DNA of 63,976 nucleotides, counting the filler, from Collodictyon triciliatum (taxonomy: Eukaryota), in NCBI GenBank assembly GCA_043381765.1. It is 6 parts of 6 records of this genome, joined end to end, with 100 filler letters (N's around TTAATTAATTAA, not from the genome) between each part and the next. Parts side by side here need not be neighbours in the genome. Positions count along the whole stretch, not along the records: positions 43,427 to 54,852 come from JBHJMP010002403.1; positions 54,953 to 63,976 come from JBHJMP010002420.1; 4 more parts are not named here. One strand, written 5' to 3'. Below are positions 54,787 through 63,976 of the stretch, one piece after another; the stretch's first letter is position 1; every line of letters begins with the position of its first letter. The notes under the pieces are model-generated. The model was not told the origin of the DNA. It made no database searches and saw only the letters and a program-made list of their open reading frames with translations. The position numbers and the translations under genes were made by a program.

Positions 54787-54821
54787 CTGCATGTTGTTGT
54801 TTCTTTTGGTTAGGATTTCTA

Positions 54822-54852
<31 letters not shown>

Positions 54853-54952
54853 NNNNNNNNNNNNNNNNNNNNNNNNNNNNNNNNNNNNNNNNNNNNTTAA
54901 TTAATTAANNNNNNNNNNNNNNNNNNNNNNNNNNNNNNNNNNNNNNNNNNNN

Positions 54953-55045
54953 ATAAAAACAAAATAAAAACAAAATAAAAACAAAATAAAAACAAAATAA
55001 AAACAAAATAAAAACAAAATAAAAACAAAATAAAAACAAAATAAA
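54953..55045. repeat. (ATAAAAACAAA)n 11-mer tandem repeat
   Basis: Directly visible. Confidence 0.85.
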
Positions 55046-55226
55046 AATAAATAATCATGCCAAATGAACTCAAATGCCTTCTGAACGAATAATTAAGGAA
55101 GAAGCTTGGCTTGGCTTATCTCACGCCCTTACCCCAAGGAAAAACCACTTTCCTTCGAATTCTTGCTATGCCTAACAGACTCACTTTTTATTTAGCCTTG
55201 AAATAAATTCGGCTAGAAGTGAAGCG

Positions 55227-60220
<4,994 letters not shown>

Positions 60221-60456
60221 ATCTGAGCTAGTGGAGATAGAGATTCTTTTAACTTTTACTTTCGATTTCTTCTTGCCATACGGGTCGAAATAGTTCATAC
60301 TGTCTCTCGCAAACACATACAACCTTCCCATAGCATTTTGGCGGTCAAAGGGTGGTGCTTTATTCCATATCCTACTTGCCTCCTGGCTTCGTGAGTCTGA
60401 AGCAGAGTGCAAAAGACTGCCTCTATGTAAAAGACGCTCTGAAGGATGGATATAGA

Positions 60457-62800
60457 CTAGTGGACCCCCCAAATTTCAGGCAGCGCAGTGTAAATCTTGG
60501 TTGGCAAAAGTAGCTCCAAAGGCGTCCCCATCGTAATGCTGCCTTTGACCTATTTCATATGGGAAACATATGGTGAAAGAAGCAAAGAAAACCAAAGTTG
60601 GCAACAATAGTCTTAATTTCACAATTACCCGAATTAAATATTCGCACTGGACGAAGGTGCTGGTGATCGTCGGCTCCCTAGTCCTTGGAATAAGCAATGA
60701 AAGCATCATCGTCTTTTGCTGGTATTGGATACATAAGGGATAAATATCTATAGAAAGAAATGCAGGAACTCGTCCAACATAGCGAAATCACAAGACAAGA
60801 TTACTGGTGGGTATGAACATTAATCATAGTGGAATGTAATTGGAATCTAACCTCTCCGGCCGGAACACCCTCATACTTAGCCTTTTGGCATGTTCGAATG
60901 AAAGTCCTCTGGCCTGCTCCACCCTTTGGGTTCAGTGAAAGAGTTATACAGTAGAGGTTAGTAAGATTCATAGATGAGGCGACAAGCCAAGTGGTATTAA
61001 TTTGTTCTTACGGCTTGAGGGATGCTTATTACAATTGATCTCAGTAATTTGACTTTCACGTTACTGATATCACTGGTAGACCTGTTAAGGATCTCAGCCT
61101 GATGAATAGTAATTTCGTTAAATAAAACCAGAACCTGACACAGTCATAAACCGATTGACGATATGCTACTGTCGCTAACGGTCGATATTGGTTTAGGAAT
61201 GGTTTGTTTGTGCGTCACATTATCAAACCTTTATTTCCGCTGTTTCTCCAAAGCTAAACGAGTTCTTAGCTAGAAAGGCTTTCACAGTGGCATCCCCACG
61301 TGAGAAGCAGCAACAGAGATACAGCTGTTCAAGGACAGATGCATATGATATGTGTTCAAAATGATTAATCACCACAACATTGAATTAAACTTCTCTTTTA
61401 GATTTTTGAAGCAGAGAATGTCGATGATGATAATAACTCCTGGGTTTTCTCTTTGACAATTGGCTCTAAAGTGGGTGCGCCATTGTGGACTTCTAAATGT
61501 TGCTTAGCCTTTAAATCCTTTGAAAAACGCCCGTTAACTTCTAAGGTTGCCTTCATCTAGTCGAATTAATACATAAATAGATTCAACATTGTTATAGTAT
61601 GAGTATTACATCTTCAATAAAATTATGAGGAAATCAAATTTGTTCATCTCCAGTAAAATGACTTTAAAGATTTTATGCAAGACGCATTTTTTTCTCCTGG
61701 GCATACTTTGTACAAGATTTTAATTTCGTATTCCTTTCCTTCCGGATTTGCTACCCGGGCACCATCCGTTTTACTGTCCGCCCTATGACAAAACAACAAC
61801 ACTATAAAAATTTTGTTTTGATAAGCTTGTAATATTGGAGCGAGCAAACCATTTCTGTTCTGCCTCAAACGCACTAGGTAAGGTGTCAGGAAGTTTGTAG
61901 CTGAAGTTGAAGGTATAAGAGCCAGGCATGAAAGTTCCTCTTGCTTTTTTTTTTATGTTTTTCATTTACACGGTATTTGAGTAACATTAATATGGCTGCT
62001 CATTTAATTAACATAAAGAAGAAAAACAACGTACTATCTATTATCTTCAAGGTTTCTTTGAAGAATTCCTTCTTTGCTGTAGTTGTGGAAGGTACCATAG
62101 GCAATAGAATAAGTATAATGATAGTAGCGACAGTGATTATCATGACAATAAGCAACGCTTGTTTCTTATGGACTTGTTATTACTGATTTTAAATCACCTT
62201 TGTTCTCGTTAAAGTGGTAGTATGTTTCCGTCTGTTCTGATTCGCCGTGGACTGTCTTCAATGTAAAAGGAAGTGATAAGAGAAAGGCAAAGTGAGAGGT
62301 TGATCTGGCCACAATGGCGACAAAGCACTTCAATCGTAGCTGAGAAATAGAGTGAAACATGTGGTTACTCGAGTGCGCTTCTCCACCGTGGTGAGCTTCA
62401 CATTCTCAACACCAGTGGCCTACGAAGAAGGAAAAAGTGAGTCAATAAAAAGGAGGAAAAACACGAAAAAGAAGAACAAAAGTGCGGAATAAAACGTTGA
62501 GGGGAAGTTTTTTTAAGCCGCAGCCACCTTCAACACCAGACCGTCACAAGGAATGGGCTCGTTGATTTGGGCAGTGATCTCTCCAGTCACAACCTGCAGG
62601 ACGCAAAATAAAGTATTACGAGACAAGAGGAGGCTGACTGGAAAGTGTATCCCAGGATATTTATTTTGGATAAGACACCAAAGTCCACAGTTACTCGGTG
62701 GTATGAGAGTTGCAAGACTCACTTCGCCAGCAACATAGTATGCTTTGTGGGTGCGAATACCAAGCTTTCCTTTCGGGGAGAATGCAGAGAACAGACCCAT
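60457..62800 (-). CDS. Arrestin-domain (alpha-arrestin-like) protein, multi-exon
   Basis: MGLFSAFSPKGKLGIRTHKAYYVAGE|VVTGEI, PGSYTFNFSYKLPDTLPSAFE (arrestin-N F.F.LP..LPS), IKILYK|MKATL, LCCCFSRG, KNSFSFGE, NRSTSDISNVKVKLLR, PTITSTFVQCEYLIRV, ...PEIWGVH* (stop assignment is less certain). Confidence 0.82.
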
Positions 62801-63976
62801 TTCTTGAAACTAGAATCCTGTAGTATAGCATGCGAGCAGAGATTAGTGAAGAGATACACAAGCGGCTCTGAAGTGCCTTGAGCTTTAGCGTGGCCAGGAA
62901 AAAAAAGAGAGAGGGAGAAGACGAAGAAAAAACAACAGGAAGGAGGAAAATGAGAAGCACACAGCATAGGTTTCTGGCAAAGTCGAGCAGACGAGGCTGT
63001 GTGACAGGCGATCAGACAGACACCACCAACAATTCGCCATGTCATCTGCCTTGCGAGCGTTGACTGTTCTGCTTCGTGTTTAATTCTGACGTTTGCAGGC
63101 CAACTCAAATCAAGAAAATGCAAATCATGAATGTCTTTGGCAAACCATATCTTTCAACCCCTTTAAAAATGCAAATGAATGCCTTTATATTAACAAGCAG
63201 TACATAGGTTGTGGGAGGATAGCCGAGTTCAATCTTGGCGTGCGAAAAATCCAAGAATAAGTTAGAATATAGTATGTTCTAACCGAAAGTGGCCACAGAA
63301 ACGCCACAGGCCATGTTCTGGTCAAATCACTTCCATATGTGTATAATAATCAAATCTGGAATAAAAGGGTGGGCGTCTTCAAACCAAACGAACGCGACAC
63401 AAAACGAAGATGTAACACCATCCGCTCATCCTCCTTGTTGCGCTGTGGGAGTTGGACAGACGCCGTTGCCATGAAGCGTGCCAGCTGAAAATCCTAAGGC
63501 AATTTCATCGGCGTGATATATTCAATTCATGTGGCCTGATTTTTTTTATGTGAAATACAACTACTTGCTCACGTATATTGTAAAAAAGGAGCACTGTCCG
63601 ATGATGACAAGATGGCACATCAAGACAAAATGTTGGATTGTTAGGTTACCCTGAGCACAAACCATCACACGATGAGTTCATTAATTGTGGTGATGTTTTT
63701 TTTTCTTTAATCACCACCTTTGACATGGTAGCATGAGTCTATTGAATCGAAATCCTGCTTTTCTGATTTTTTCTGTTCGATTTTCTCTTAAATTCAGATA
63801 GACATAGAACTTAAGTAAAGCAGGCTCACTTCACCTCGCCAGCCTGATGATACGCTTCATGGGAGCAGATTCATATTTTTCCAGTGGACATATGATTGAC
63901 AACAGATCAGTCCCAAAAAAAGAAAAAAAAGGCTCTCTGGACTTTTTTTTTTTTTTTTTGCTTTTTAAAAAAATAA

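Overview
This window is intron-rich, AT-rich eukaryotic (protist, probably amoebozoan-like) genomic DNA. The ORF track therefore mostly shows exon fragments and microsatellite artefacts. Manual splicing gives about 10 genes, in order: a CSA/ERCC8-like WD40 gene (+, 5'-truncated); UFSP2 with an ODR-4/MPN-like N-terminus (-); a PARP1/2-type enzyme with an intact H-Y-E triad (-, 5' end in a gap); a large NLR-like STAND protein, DUF4062-NACHT-TPR-pentapeptide-WD40-Sel1 (+); a ~2865-aa Sib/integrin-beta-like adhesin with DUF4114, many cadherin/Ig-like repeats, a TM helix and two NPLY motifs (-); a DHHC palmitoyltransferase (+); a chorein-N/BLTP3-like lipid-transfer region apparently continuing into an ADCY10-like pseudo-cyclase/STAND ATPase/TPR (+); an unknown terminal exon (-); mitochondrial GUF1/LepA (+); and an arrestin-domain gene (-). 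Four things stand out. (1) Six consecutive 126-nt phase-2 exons each encode exactly one TPR in the NLR-like gene, followed by a 4.2-kb intronless sensor exon. (2) The BLTP3-like region may be fused to a cyclase-STAND module whose catalytic residues are all replaced. (3) The integrin-like adhesin carries DUF4114 and an internal gene-conversion-like tract. (4) Splice signals are very degenerate. All exon structures were inferred by eye, and N-gaps interrupt several genes.
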